19,020 nucleotides of DNA from an uncultured archaeon. GTDB taxonomy: Archaea; Altiarchaeota; Altiarchaeia; IMC4; SCGC-AAA252-I15. The DNA is taken from positions 1-19,020 of the forward strand of contig CABMCB010000002.1 of NCBI GenBank assembly GCA_902384455.1. Reading direction: 5' to 3'. This document shows positions 7,098-18,800 of this stretch, piece after piece. The position numbers and the translations under genes are program-made. The notes beneath the pieces are model-generated. The model was not told where the DNA came from. It saw only the letters and a program-made list of their open reading frames with translations, and made no database searches. Numbering within the stretch: the stretch's first letter is position 1; each line of letters opens with the position of its first letter.

Positions 7098-7970
7098 ATG
7101 TTGGTTGAAGCCGTCATATTCCTCTCGCTTCTTTTTCTTGCCGCAGCAAGCGTTTTCGACATCAAAAGCGGCGAAATACCGGAAGCCTCAAGCGTCGGGC
7201 ATTTGGCCGTAGTTTTATGTTTGGCGGCTCTCGCAAGTTTCATGGCCCGTTCATTAAACCCCCTTTTGTTTTGCGCTATGCTTTCTGCCGCGTATTTTAT
7301 CGTCGGATACATTTTTTTCGCTTTAGGCCAGTGGGGCGGAGGCGACGTGAAAGTGATTGCCGCCGTCGGAGGGTCGCTCGCCCTTGTAAGCGAACTCGGA
7401 TACCCATTCAACAGCATGCACCTCTTCCCGCCTACGGTTGCCTACTTCCTCAACATGGGCTTCATAAGCATACCCTACGTGGCCTTGTACGGCCTTACTT
7501 TGGGGTTGGCTCACCGTCAAGTATTTGATAGGTTCGTTGTTTTTCTGAAAAAGACGGAGAACATACTCCTCTTCGTTTTGTCGTGGCTTCCTGTCGCGGC
7601 GGCATACATCATGCACTTGCGCGCCATCGCGGCGGTTTATGCGCTTCTTCCCGCGTTCCTCCTGCTCACTCTATACCTTAAGGCGGTGGAAGTTGAAGCG
7701 CTGCGGAAAAAGATACCCACGAAATCGCTTGTTGAAGGCGACGTTTTAGTTGACGCATTCACCGTCGGAAACGTGACGTTGGGCGGAAACGGAATAGAAG
7801 GATTGTCCAAGGAAGACGCATCCAGATTGAAAAAATGGGCGACGGAAGGAAAAATACCCGCACACGTGACCGTCAAATGGGGAATCAAATTCGTCCCCAT
7901 ATTCCTACTCGCATACGCCGTAACCCTACTCTACGGCAACCTGCTCGAACGCATACTACTACTCCTCTAA
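7098..7970 (+). CDS. Archaeal class III signal (prepilin/pre-archaellin) peptidase, A24 family (FlaK/PibD/EppA-like)
   Basis: Multi-TM protein with catalytic aspartates in SVFDIKSGEIP and GGGDVK (GxGD), plus a C-terminal L.EGD...GL..E...V.VK.GI.FVP region typical of archaeal A24 enzymes. Confidence 0.88.
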   Translation: MLVEAVIFLSLLFLAAASVFDIKSGEIPEASSVGHLAVVLCLAALASFMARSLNPLLFCAMLSAAYFIVGYIFFALGQWGGGDVKVIAAVGGSLALVSELGYPFNSMHLFPPTVAYFLNMGFISIPYVALYGLTLGLAHRQVFDRFVVFLKKTENILLFVLSWLPVAAAYIMHLRAIAAVYALLPAFLLLTLYLKAVEVEALRKKIPTKSLVEGDVLVDAFTVGNVTLGGNGIEGLSKEDASRLKKWATEGKIPAHVTVKWGIKFVPIFLLAYAVTLLYGNLLERILLLL

Positions 7971-8387
7971 ATCCATAAGGTAGAGGCCTGTTTTTTCGTC
8001 CAGCAGGCGGTTTATTTCGCCGTCTAATTCCTGCAGGAACAGTTCTCCTGCGAACATTCTCATTGAAATGAGGTGTCCGGCGATGGTTGAGCCGTCGTCT
8101 CTGCCCAATATCACGTGAGCGTGGACTGCAATCTCCTTGTTTTTCTTCATTAGGTTGCCTGTCATTGAGACTACTTCAAGGGGTTCATCGAAGTCTTTTT
8201 CTAGGTACTCTTTGTTTTCTTGGTCGTAGAATGCTAGCGTCGCCTCTTGGCAGGCGCCTATGACTGTGAAATACGCAAGAGTAATCCCTTCTTTTGCTGC
8301 AAGATACTTTATCTCCGTCAAAGCCTCCATGCTGTAGCCGAACCTTCCCATAAAAGTCCTCTTAAGAGGAAAAACGCGAGCGTCCAT
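7959..8387 (-). CDS. PPC / DUF296 domain protein
   Basis: IGA...A.LAFYD, EVVSMTGN, HAHVILG..DG...AGHL, GELF, R..D..TGL; GGAGG RBS at 8394-8398 (minus). Ends in tandem TAG TAG and overlaps the peptidase stop. Confidence 0.9.
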   Translation of the reverse strand: MDARVFPLKRTFMGRFGYSMEALTEIKYLAAKEGITLAYFTVIGACQEATLAFYDQENKEYLEKDFDEPLEVVSMTGNLMKKNKEIAVHAHVILGRDDGSTIAGHLISMRMFAGELFLQELDGEINRLLDEKTGLYLMDLEE

Positions 8388-8453
8388 ACAAGGCCTCCAA
8401 GCATTAATGAAGTAGTACCCAAGGACTTTAAATAACAGCCGGATGCGGCAGTT

Positions 8454-9743
8454 TCAACGAGCCTGAACCACAACTTTATCTTCGTAAGATACTATGTCCT
8501 GCTTCTTGAACTTGCGTTTTCCTACGGAAATAGACTCGAGTTCGCTGCCGTCCAAAACCACCTTAGAGACCTTGCCCAAAACGGCGCCTTTGGTGTCGTG
8601 CACTTCCCTGCCGGTAAGCTCCTTGGCAAGCTCATGAGCCGCCTCAAGCTCGCTGAAAAACATGTACTCAGTGAACTTCACCCAAATGCCGAACCCCAAA
8701 AGACCTATGAACGCGGTGAAAAAGAAGTCCCCAAGGTTATAATCCCTGTAATCGCTAGAAAGCCAAAGCTTCGCCCCCCCGTCAAACAGAGTCCTAACCA
8801 ACACCAGGAAAGCAAGCAAAATCAGATACCTACGCATGTTAAGCACCCTATGCGCGATGTACTCATCCATAAGACGCGCCATAATAGCCGCGAAAGCGGC
8901 CATCAAAAACAAGTCTATGGAGGGGCTGCTGAGTATGAAAATGCATATCGCATTGAGCGTCAGCTTGATGTCGTCAAGATTCACAGTGGTCTTCCTCACG
9001 TCGCTATACGCGTAACCCATGCCCACAAGGGCGGTTGTCGCGGCAATAAGGTACACAAGAGTGCTGATGCGCTCAAGAGACAAGGAACCCAAAAACCCGG
9101 TCAGACGATTGAAAATGCCCTCCTCCAACTGCAAACCCCGCAATATGAAATAAACGGCAACAACAGCCAAAATGAGGTTGACTGCGCGGGTGCCTCCTAT
9201 AGCCAGCAAAAGCAACGCGATTCCGGGTATTGCGAATATGAGGCGCGCAAGGCTGGGTTCGGCGCTTATTTCCTTGATGAACGTGGTGACCTTGAAATAC
9301 GCCTTCTCCAGTTCCTTGCTCTGGCGGACTACAACCTGCTCAACGCTTGTGATGTGGACGCGGGATTGGATTATAGGCAGAACCTGCTCGTCGTCTGCGC
9401 CGTCAGAAACAAAAATCACCGACTTAGGCTTGAAGCGAGTCAGAACCTCCTCAAGCTGCTCCGCTATGCGGCTGTCGGATTTAACGCCCACAGTGCGGGC
9501 GCCAGTGAGAGTCACCACCTCCGTCTTATACTCCTTCGCAAGCCGTATGGCCGCATAAAGGGCGTTTAGGTCGGTGTCTGTCGGGTCTGCGAGGCCCATG
9601 GCTTGGGCGGCCATAAGGTTTTGTTCCATCCCTATTATGGGTCCTTTGAATGGTGTTTTTCGTCCTAGGTCGTTGTCTCTGTCGACGCATAGGACTAGCG
9701 TTTCAACCTGTTTTTCGGGGTTTTTTTCCGCAGACTTCTCCAC
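8454..9743 (-). CDS. DUF373 family archaeal membrane protein with C-terminal PRC-barrel-like extension
   Basis: LVLCVDRDNDLG.K...GPIIG, DP.D.D.NALYAA, VSDGADDEQVLPIIQSR, VVVRQS..LE..Y, then several TM helices and a tail L.GREV.D..G..LGKV..VVLD. Confidence 0.88.
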   Translation of the reverse strand: MEKSAEKNPEKQVETLVLCVDRDNDLGRKTPFKGPIIGMEQNLMAAQAMGLADPTDTDLNALYAAIRLAKEYKTEVVTLTGARTVGVKSDSRIAEQLEEVLTRFKPKSVIFVSDGADDEQVLPIIQSRVHITSVEQVVVRQSKELEKAYFKVTTFIKEISAEPSLARLIFAIPGIALLLLAIGGTRAVNLILAVVAVYFILRGLQLEEGIFNRLTGFLGSLSLERISTLVYLIAATTALVGMGYAYSDVRKTTVNLDDIKLTLNAICIFILSSPSIDLFLMAAFAAIMARLMDEYIAHRVLNMRRYLILLAFLVLVRTLFDGGAKLWLSSDYRDYNLGDFFFTAFIGLLGFGIWVKFTEYMFFSELEAAHELAKELTGREVHDTKGAVLGKVSKVVLDGSELESISVGKRKFKKQDIVSYEDKVVVQAR

Positions 9744-9767
9744 GTAAGAAAATGAGGACTAAGCGCC

Positions 9768-9775
9768 TTATATAT
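9768..9775 (-). promoter_or_regulatory. TATA box in the divergent DUF373 / giant-protein intergenic region
   Basis: TTATATAT sits about 25-30 nt upstream of the GTG at 9743 (minus). It is near-palindromic and might also serve the + strand gene. Confidence 0.5.
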
Positions 9776-9824
9776 GTGGTTTAGGGTGTGTTTTTTTCTT
9801 TTATGGGTAATATCATACGGTAGG

Positions 9825-12800
9825 ATGGGTTTTGCACTTGGTTGGCTGGGTAAATGTTCTGTTCTTATCCTCATCGTTGTCTTCCTTTCTCTGTCAGCAA
9901 ATGTCAGTTCTGATAATACGGCGTTCGGGGATCCTCCGCCTCAGGTTGTGGGGGGTTATATTGTCAATGAGTCTTATGTTAGGGTCGTTTTTGATGCGTC
10001 GCTCAATCAGACGACTGCTGAGAACAGCAGCTTATATGTGTTTTTCCCTCCTCTTACGGTATCCAGTGCGGCTCTTTTTTCTGACAACCTTACAGTGCAG
10101 ATTAAGACGGCAACTGTTTCCCCTCTTAGTCTTAATGTTCTGTACAATCTCTCTATTACCGGAGTCTGCGACCAGTTCGGTAACATAATCCCCTCTAGTG
10201 GTTCTGCCGTCAACAACACAATCCAGTACATCATAATCGCGGGGCGTGACTATGTTGATGATACATACGTCGTGGACTCCTCGCCAGATGCAAATAACGT
10301 TGGCCATACTCTCCTGTACGTATCCTATCCGGTGTCTACTGAATACGTCCTCGTGAAATTCAGCCTCCAAGGGATAAATCAAACGGCAGTTTTTGACTCG
10401 TCCATACGGCTTAAACCGTACTACAAGACCGGAGTCGGTAACTTGTCTGCCTATGAAATCAACGAGTCTTGGATTCCTTCGCAGGCAACATGGAGCAACT
10501 CAAGTAGCACCACGCTATGGACTACAAGATTCGGAGAGAAACCTGAATACACTTACAATCTCTCAACCCTCGACTGGGCTTCATGGAACATAACAAACCT
10601 GACCAAAAATTGGCTTGAGAGACATAACGTAAACAACGGCGTCGCCATATACTCCAACGAAACAAGCATCACAGTAAGCTTCAACTCCACTGAAGCCACG
10701 GACGGAAACTACAGCCCCCGACTATTCCTTGCCGGCATTTTAGATTATTACGGCGCCCCCCAGATCGTCGGAGGGAATATCGTCAACGAGTCTCATGTGC
10801 GGCTCATTTTCGACAAGACCCTTAACAAAACATCCGCGGAAACACCGCACAACTACCAGTTCACCCCGACTATATCAGTAACCGCCGCAATTCTGCAGTC
10901 TGACAACAAGACCGTACAGCTAATTGTAAGCAACCTCTCCCGCAACATACTATACAATCTGACCGTGGTGAACGTATCGAGCCAATACGACTATGCCATA
11001 ACAGACGACGGCTCAGCAGTCAACAACACAATACAATACCTCATTCTTTCCGGACCCAACTACGTCAAAGACACATGGATTGAATACCTGCATTCAGACA
11101 CCAATTTCCACTCCAACCTAAGCATCTACGAAGGATACTGGAATAGACCGCTTTTTCTAATCAACGTGTCCTCAGTTATCTCCGGTTCACTACTTGATGC
11201 GCAGTTCAATGCTTATGCTGGCTACGTGAGTATGCCGTCTTACAATGCGTCTGTCCACCAAATACTTCAGCAGTGGACCCCCGAGGAAGTTACATGGAAC
11301 AACGCAAGCAGAACCCAGCTTTGGACGGTCAGCGGAGGAAACTACAGCCATACTGTAGAAGACAATCAAAGCCTCGACGGCGTAGGTTGGCGCTCATGGA
11401 ACATAACCCGGCTAACACGTGAGTGGTTCAACGGAAGTGAAAACTATGGATTCCTCATCGAAGACCCCGCGACCGTCGAGGTCCATTTAAACTCAACTGA
11501 ATCCAGCGAAGAAACACAACCCCGCTTATACCTCACGCTCGCAAGCGGCACATTCGAAACCGACACAACGCCACCAAAAATAAGCGGCGGAAGAATCAAA
11601 AACGAAACCTCCGTCCTCGTAGTATTCGATGAAGACCTAAACCGCACGACAGCTGAAACAACCGGATACTACCTGCTTTCTCCTGGAACCTACCCAACCA
11701 ACGCAACCCTACTATCCGACAACCGCACAGTCCAGCTGCAATTCAATCAGACGCTACAAACCGGAACAATCCACACTCTAACCGCACTGTACATCACAGA
11801 CGAAAACGGCAACAGGATAGGCCCAAACTCCACCCGCAACACAATCCAGTACCTGATGCTTTCAAACGCCACATACCTCCCCGACACATACATCCACCAG
11901 ATGGATTCCAACCGTAATTTCTACTCTGTCGAAAACCTCTCCATAGGCATCAGTGGCGGCATGTACCTCCAGCGGGCACTCATCCTACCCGACCTAAGTC
12001 AATTCAATGCGTCAGAGTTGTTTGACGCCCGGATGCGCCTCTACAAAATTAACTACACGTCGGGCGAAAACACCACACTACACCGGCTACTACTCAATTG
12101 GACTCCGACCGAAGTCACATGGAAAAACCGCAGCACTACCGAGAAATGGCCAGTAGACGGCGGAAACTACTCTGAAACTCCTGAAGACACAATCCCCCTA
12201 GACTACTCGGGGTGGTACGAATGGAACATAACAAACCTAACATCCGCGTGGTTAGATTCACCTCCCGCAGAAAGATACGGCGTACTCTTCCACAACACAA
12301 GCCAAAACATAGCATTCGAATCAGCCGAATCAACAAACGGACACAAGCCGCAATATCTCCTAACTTTCCGCCAAGGCACATTCGGCGGCACAGCACCCCA
12401 GATTGTGGGCGGAAGCATAGTGAACGAAACTTGTGTTCGCGTAGTTTTCAGCGAGCCTATGGACGTCGCGACCACCCAAAATAAAACATTCTACACATTC
12501 TCCCCCACATGGACTATCGACGGAATATCACTACTTTCAGACAACCTGACCGCCCAACTAACCCTCGGCACATGGATTGCCGAAAACTCAGTCTACAACC
12601 TCACAGTCGTCAACGTCACAAGCCAAGCGGGCCAAAGCATACCAAGCGACGGCTCAGCAGAAAACAACACCATAAGCTACATCAAAATATCATCCGCAAA
12701 CATGCCGGACACATACATCGATGAATTCACTCCCGACGAAAATTTTGAGCTTATAGACGTGTTGATGACAGGAGAATTATCCAGCCTGCATAGGTCCCTA

Positions 12801-15800
12801 CTTCTGCCCAATCTCTCATTAGTGAATGCTTCAAAGCTCTTCGACTCTCACCTGCTGCTGATGTCAACGTCCGCCATAGGCACGTACGATTCTGTCGCAG
12901 CCCACGCAATACTCGAAGACTGGGTTCCAACGGAAGTCACGTGGAACAACGCAACCATAACGCGAAGTTGGACTTCCGGCGGAAATTACAACTCAACAGC
13001 GGAAGACTACCAGTACACCAACGCCACACTCACAGTGTACTCCTGGAATCTCACCAACCTAGTGGCAGACTGGATAAGCGGAAACCGCACAAACAACGGA
13101 ATACTACTAAAAAGAGTAACGGAAACGGCCAACTACTACACCGACTTCTATACTGCTCATGACACAACCTACCCACCGAAGCTTTATATCGCATACCGCC
13201 GCGTGGACGTCTTAGGCGGTTCAGTCGCAACCAACAGTCCGCCCGAAATACATAATCCGACAATAATTCCAGTGAACCCAAAGAAAGGCGATTCTCTCTC
13301 CTGTCGATGGAACGCCACAGACGCCGACATTTCAGACACATTAACCGCCAACGTCACATGGTGGAATAACGCCACAGGCATACTAGCCCACAACCTACTC
13401 TACGACGCATCAGACATACCCTGCGCAATAGGCGCCATCTGCGAAACCACAGTCAACGTCTCCTCAGACGACTTAAGCCTCGCCCGCGGAATCCTCTGGC
13501 TGTGCAACGTCACAGTCTCAGACTCCAACGGAGGATACGCGAACGGAACATACTCCGTGGTCATCGCCAACAGCCAACCCAACATTACGAACGCAACCAT
13601 ACAACCTGCCGTTCCGTTAACAAACGACACATTGACGTGCGCCAACGAAAGCGTTTACGACGCTGACGGCGACTCAGTCTCATTCACCTACAGGTGGTTC
13701 GAAAACGGCAGCCTAATCTCCGGCCAGACGTCTGATACATTGGCCGCATCATACACTAGTCACTTCAGCAACTTTACGTGTGAAATAACCGCGTCGGACG
13801 GAATTTCGGTTGGAGGCCCAGTGAATGCGTCAGTGACTGTATCCGATGCTCCTTCTTCCGTCACTTCCGTATCTGTTTCTCCTTCGTCGCCTTACACTGA
13901 TGACAACCTAAGTTGCGTTGTGTCTGGTAGTTCAGATTTGGACGGCGACACAGTATCATATTATTACCGTTGGTTTGAGAATGGGACTTTGCTTGCAGGC
14001 CAAACGTCTGCAAACCTTTCTGCTTTGGTAACCGGTCACTTCGCTTATTATCTTTGTGAGGTTACGCCGTCTGATGGTTATCTTAATGGGACATCTGTGA
14101 ACTCTTCGTCCGTCGTAATACTCAACAGTCCGCCCAACTTGTCGTCTGCATCCCTCCAGCCGTCTGCTCCACTTACCAACGACACGTTAACGTGCGTCAA
14201 CGGAAGCGTTTATGATTCTGACGGAGACGCTGTCATTTTTTATTACCGTTGGTTTGAAAACGGTAGCTTAATTTCGGGTCAAACATCATTCAGTCTCTCC
14301 GCTTCATACACTAGTCACTTCAGCAACTACACTTGTGAAATTACTCCCTCAGACTCGTACGCAAACGGAACAGCAGTAAATTCGACATCCGAAACCATCC
14401 TAAACGCAGCCCCGTCGGTCACTTCCGCTTCAGTAGAGCCCGTCTCTCCCCTCACCAACCAGTCCTTAATTTGCGTCAACGGCACAGTCAACGACATAGA
14501 CCAAGACCCTGTCACGTTCTACTACATATGGTACGAGAATGGCACCGCAATAGTCGGGCAAACTTCTTCCACGCTTGATTCGTCACTCACCGACCACTAC
14601 TCAAACTACTCCTGCGCAGTAACCCCCACAGACACATACGCAAACGGGACAGGATCACAGTCATCGCCGGCCACAATCCAAAATACGCCGCCTCAACTGT
14701 CGTCTGCATCCCTCCAGCCGTCTGCTCCGCTTACTAACGACACGTTAACGTGCGTAAACGGAAGCGCGTCCGACCTCGATAGCGATGAAATCTCGTACTC
14801 CTACCGCTGGTTTGAAAACGGAAGCATAATGTCAGGTCAGACATCGCAAACGCTTCTGGAATCAGATACTTCGCACTTCAGCGACTACGCGTGCGAGATG
14901 ACGCCTTCAGACGGCTTCGAAAACGGCACGCCAGTAAATTCTTCGACTGTAACCCTCCTCAATTCTCCTCCGACGGTCACATCCGCAGCAGTAACCCCTG
15001 ATCCAGCTTACACTCTCGACAACCTTACGTGCACGGCATCCGGAGTGTTAGATTTGGACGCGGACTCTGTCAGCTTATCCTACAAGTGGTTCGAGAACGG
15101 GTTCGTGCTTTCCGGGGAGACGTCAAACGTCCTGCCCGCTTCAAAGACATACCGCGAAAATAGTTACGCCTGCGAAATCACCCCCTCTGACGGATACGTA
15201 AGCGGAGATGCAGTGAACTCAAGTGACGTAAACGTATTGAATACTGCGCCAAACGTCACTTCATTGTCAATAACGCCGTCTGCTCCATTAACCAACGACA
15301 CCTTGACGTGCGTTAACGGAAGCGTGTTTGATGCAGACGACGATGTTTTTTCGTTGTCATACCAGTGGTTCGAGAACGGACTTCTTATCTCCGGTCAAAA
15401 TTTTGCAAGTCTATCTGATTTCTTCACAAGTCACTTTGGAAACTACACTTGTGAAATCACTCCGTCTGACGGGGTTACTATCGGAGATTCTGTTAATGCG
15501 TCAGTCACAGTTTTAGACGCGCCTCCTTCCCTCACTTCTGCATCAATTTCGCCTTTGTCGCCTTACACTGACGACAACATAAGCTGCTCTCCGACGGATG
15601 AAACAGATTTGGACGGAGACACAGTATCATACTATTACCGGTGGTTTGAGAATGGTACGTTGCTTGCCGGTGAAACATCCGCCATTTTGTCTTCCTCCAT
15701 AACAGAGTATTCCGCTAATTACCTTTGTGAGGTTACGCCGACTGATGGTTACCTCAATGGGACATCTGTGAACTCCCCCTCCGTCGTAATACTCAACAGC

Positions 15801-18800
15801 CCCCCAACGGCATCAGCCCCCTCAATTCAACCGTCCACACCATTATCCAACGACACACTCTCCTGCGTTAACGGAAGCGCATTTGACGCTGACGGAGACG
15901 CCATCACATTTTACTACCGTTGGTTTGAAAACAGCAACTTGATTTCCGGCGAAACATCATCCAGCCTTGATGCCTCATACACAAGCCACTTTGGCAACTA
16001 CACATGCGAAATAACCCCCTCCGACCCATACACAAACGGAACACCAGTAAACTCAACAACCACCGAAGTAGCCAACTCAAAGCCGACCCTACTCAACGCC
16101 ACAATAACGCCCACACTCCCCTACGCAACCAACAACCTAACATGCCAAAACGGAAGCGCATCAGACATCGACGCAGACACAATAACCTACAACTACACAT
16201 GGTACGCAAACGACACCCCCATAACCGGCCAAACAACAAAAACGCTCCCAACAACATACCTAACCCACTACAGCAACTACTCCTGCAGCATAACGCCCTC
16301 AGACGGCTACGACACAGGAACACCCATAAACTCATCAACAGTCACAATTCAAAACACGCCGCCGACAATACTATCCGCCCACATCAACCCAAGCTCACCA
16401 ATAGACTCAGACAACCTAACATGCGAAAACGGCACAATAACAGACGCAGACTCAGACACAATCACCCTCCAATACCAATGGTACAAAAACGGCACAATAA
16501 CATCAGACAACACAAGCATACTCCCAGACACCACAACATCAAACGGCGACCAATGGTACTGCCTCATAATACCCCACGACGGAAGCGACGCCGGAACAGG
16601 AACAGCATCCCAAACCGTCACAATAGGCAGCGGCAACACAGCACCCAACATAACCGCAGCCAACGCCACACCCAACACACCACCAGACTCCAACACAGAA
16701 TTCAACGTCTACTGGACCGACGACCAAAACGACCCAACAATACTCCTAATATGCAACTCATCAGTAGTCACAACCTCAACCTCACCCCCATTCACATGCC
16801 AAGAACAATCCTGGTGCACCAACACAACATTCACAACAACATCCCCCACCAGTTGCTTCCGCACCGCCTCCACAACCGACCCCGTCGGCCCCATAGACTA
16901 CTTCGCATTCATCTGCGACAACCTCGCATGCTCAAGCAGCACCCAAGGCACATTCTCCGTAAACCACCCACCAACATGCACCCCACCCCTCATACTACCA
17001 TCAAACCCACGCAAAGACGACAACATCACATGCACCCCCCAGGGATACAACGACCCAGACGGAGACAGCGCATCAACGACGCAAATCCAATGGCAAATCA
17101 ACAGCACAACAGCCGGAAACGAAACCAACCTACCACAAAACCTAACCCACAAAGACGACATAATAACATGCATCACAACGCCCACAGACGAACACGGCCT
17201 CGCAGGTGCGCAGTGCTCATCAAACACGACAATAGCCAACATGCCTCCAGTGCTTGCGTCATCTAACGTTCTGCCAGTACTACCTCAAACCACCGACAAC
17301 CTGACCTGCATAAACGGCTCAGTCTACGACGCAGACGGCGAAACAGTCACATTCGATTACAGGTGGTTTGAAAACGGCACAGAAATAGCAAACGAAACTT
17401 CCCCAACACTACCCCCATCACTAACGTCGCACTACAACACATACACATGCGAACTGACGCCAACCGACGGATACGACGCTGGAGCACCCCGCAACGCCTC
17501 AGTCACAATCCAAAACACCCCTCCACAGTTCAATCCCGCACCATCAGACCAAACTATACTAGAAGATGCGCCTTACGCATACGACGCCAACGCCACAGAC
17601 GCAGACAACGACGCCCTTACATACGCCCTCAACGAAGCTCCAGCAAACCTCACAATAAACCCCACAACAGGCCTCATATCATGGACGCCAAAACAGGCAG
17701 ACGTAGGCGTACACTACGTCAACGTATCCGTAACTGACGCAGCAGCAACCACCTATGCGGCATTCAACCTAACAGTCCAAAACGTCAATGACCCGCCCAC
17801 TCTAACGCCAATCTCAAACATAACAGTAAATGAAAATCAGGCCGCCCAAATATGGCTTAACGCAAGCGACGAAGACGGCGACCCCATAACGTATCTGGTG
17901 AACGACAGCGGGTTCGCGTACGACCTGAATTCGTCAGGATATTTCCAGTGGAACACTACTTACGACGACTCAGGCGTATACTCTCTGCTGTTCACCGTAG
18001 AAGACCCGTTTAACGCCACAGCAAGCCAGCAGACGACTATAACAGTCCTCAACGTCAACCGACCACCGCACGCGCAAGTCCTATTCCCAAACGGCGGCGA
18101 AACAATCTCCGGCATACAGATTGTGACGTGGACGGCAGGCGACCCAGACGCAGACAACCTAACATACGACGTCTTCCTCCTGTCGGGCTCAGACTCAGAA
18201 AACAAAACAGGCCTCCTCTCAATAGACCACATTGCTGCAGGCCTAACGGGAACAACATTCCAGTGGAACACCACACCCTACGACGGCACAGGATACCGCA
18301 TAGAGGTTGACGCGTACGACGGAAATTTCACCGCCTACGACACAAGCGACAACAACTTCACGGTACACCAGTTAGCCCCCTCAATTGTCCTCCACACCTC
18401 CCCCTACTCCCACATAACGCCGGCAGCAACCCTGAACTTCACGGTCACAGACCATTACCTCGACTCAGTCTGGTACAAAATTGACGCAGGACCCAATCAA
18501 ACGCTTTCTGCGCCATGGGACATAAACGCATCATGGGCGGACGGAAACCACACCCTAGATGTGTGGGCAAACGACTCGGCCCAAAACACCGCCCACTCAA
18601 CATACCTCATCACAATAGACGGAACACCCCCCGCAGTCGCAATATACGCGCCATCAAACGGCTCATACGTGAAAGCAAACACCGTAATATCCTGCACGGC
18701 TTCAGACGAAAACCTAGCCAACGCAACGCTTCATGCCAACTCCTCAGTCATATACTCGTGGACCACTCAAGGCAACATCACGCATCCTCTGGGCACATAC

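Noticed and set aside
7746-7961. Genome-wide TAG reassignment
   Set aside because: The DUF296 gene ends in TAG TAG at its expected C-terminus; readthrough would run about 70 codons antisense into the peptidase before a TAA at 7746-7748. TAG therefore still appears to act as a stop.
8598-9569. 323-aa plus-strand ORF
   Set aside because: Antisense shadow of the well-supported DUF373 gene in an A+C-rich patch.
9803-9823. Mini upstream ORF MGNIIR* before the giant gene
   Set aside because: Six codons, out of frame with the main ORF, no supporting signal; expected by chance.
9825-9911. Class III (prepilin) signal on the giant protein as a substrate of the nearby A24 peptidase
   Set aside because: No [KR][GA]-then-hydrophobic cleavage motif; it reads as an ordinary Sec signal peptide.
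13569-16634. CRISPR array or diversity-generating retroelement TR/VR pair
   Set aside because: Repeats are 276-279-nt in-frame coding units without spacers; differences are mostly synonymous and not adenine-specific; no cas or reverse transcriptase gene in the window.
16004-17266. 420-aa H/N/R/Q/P-rich ORF and other short ORFs within 9832-18721
   Set aside because: Alternative or antisense frames of the giant protein, kept open by third-position A/C bias.
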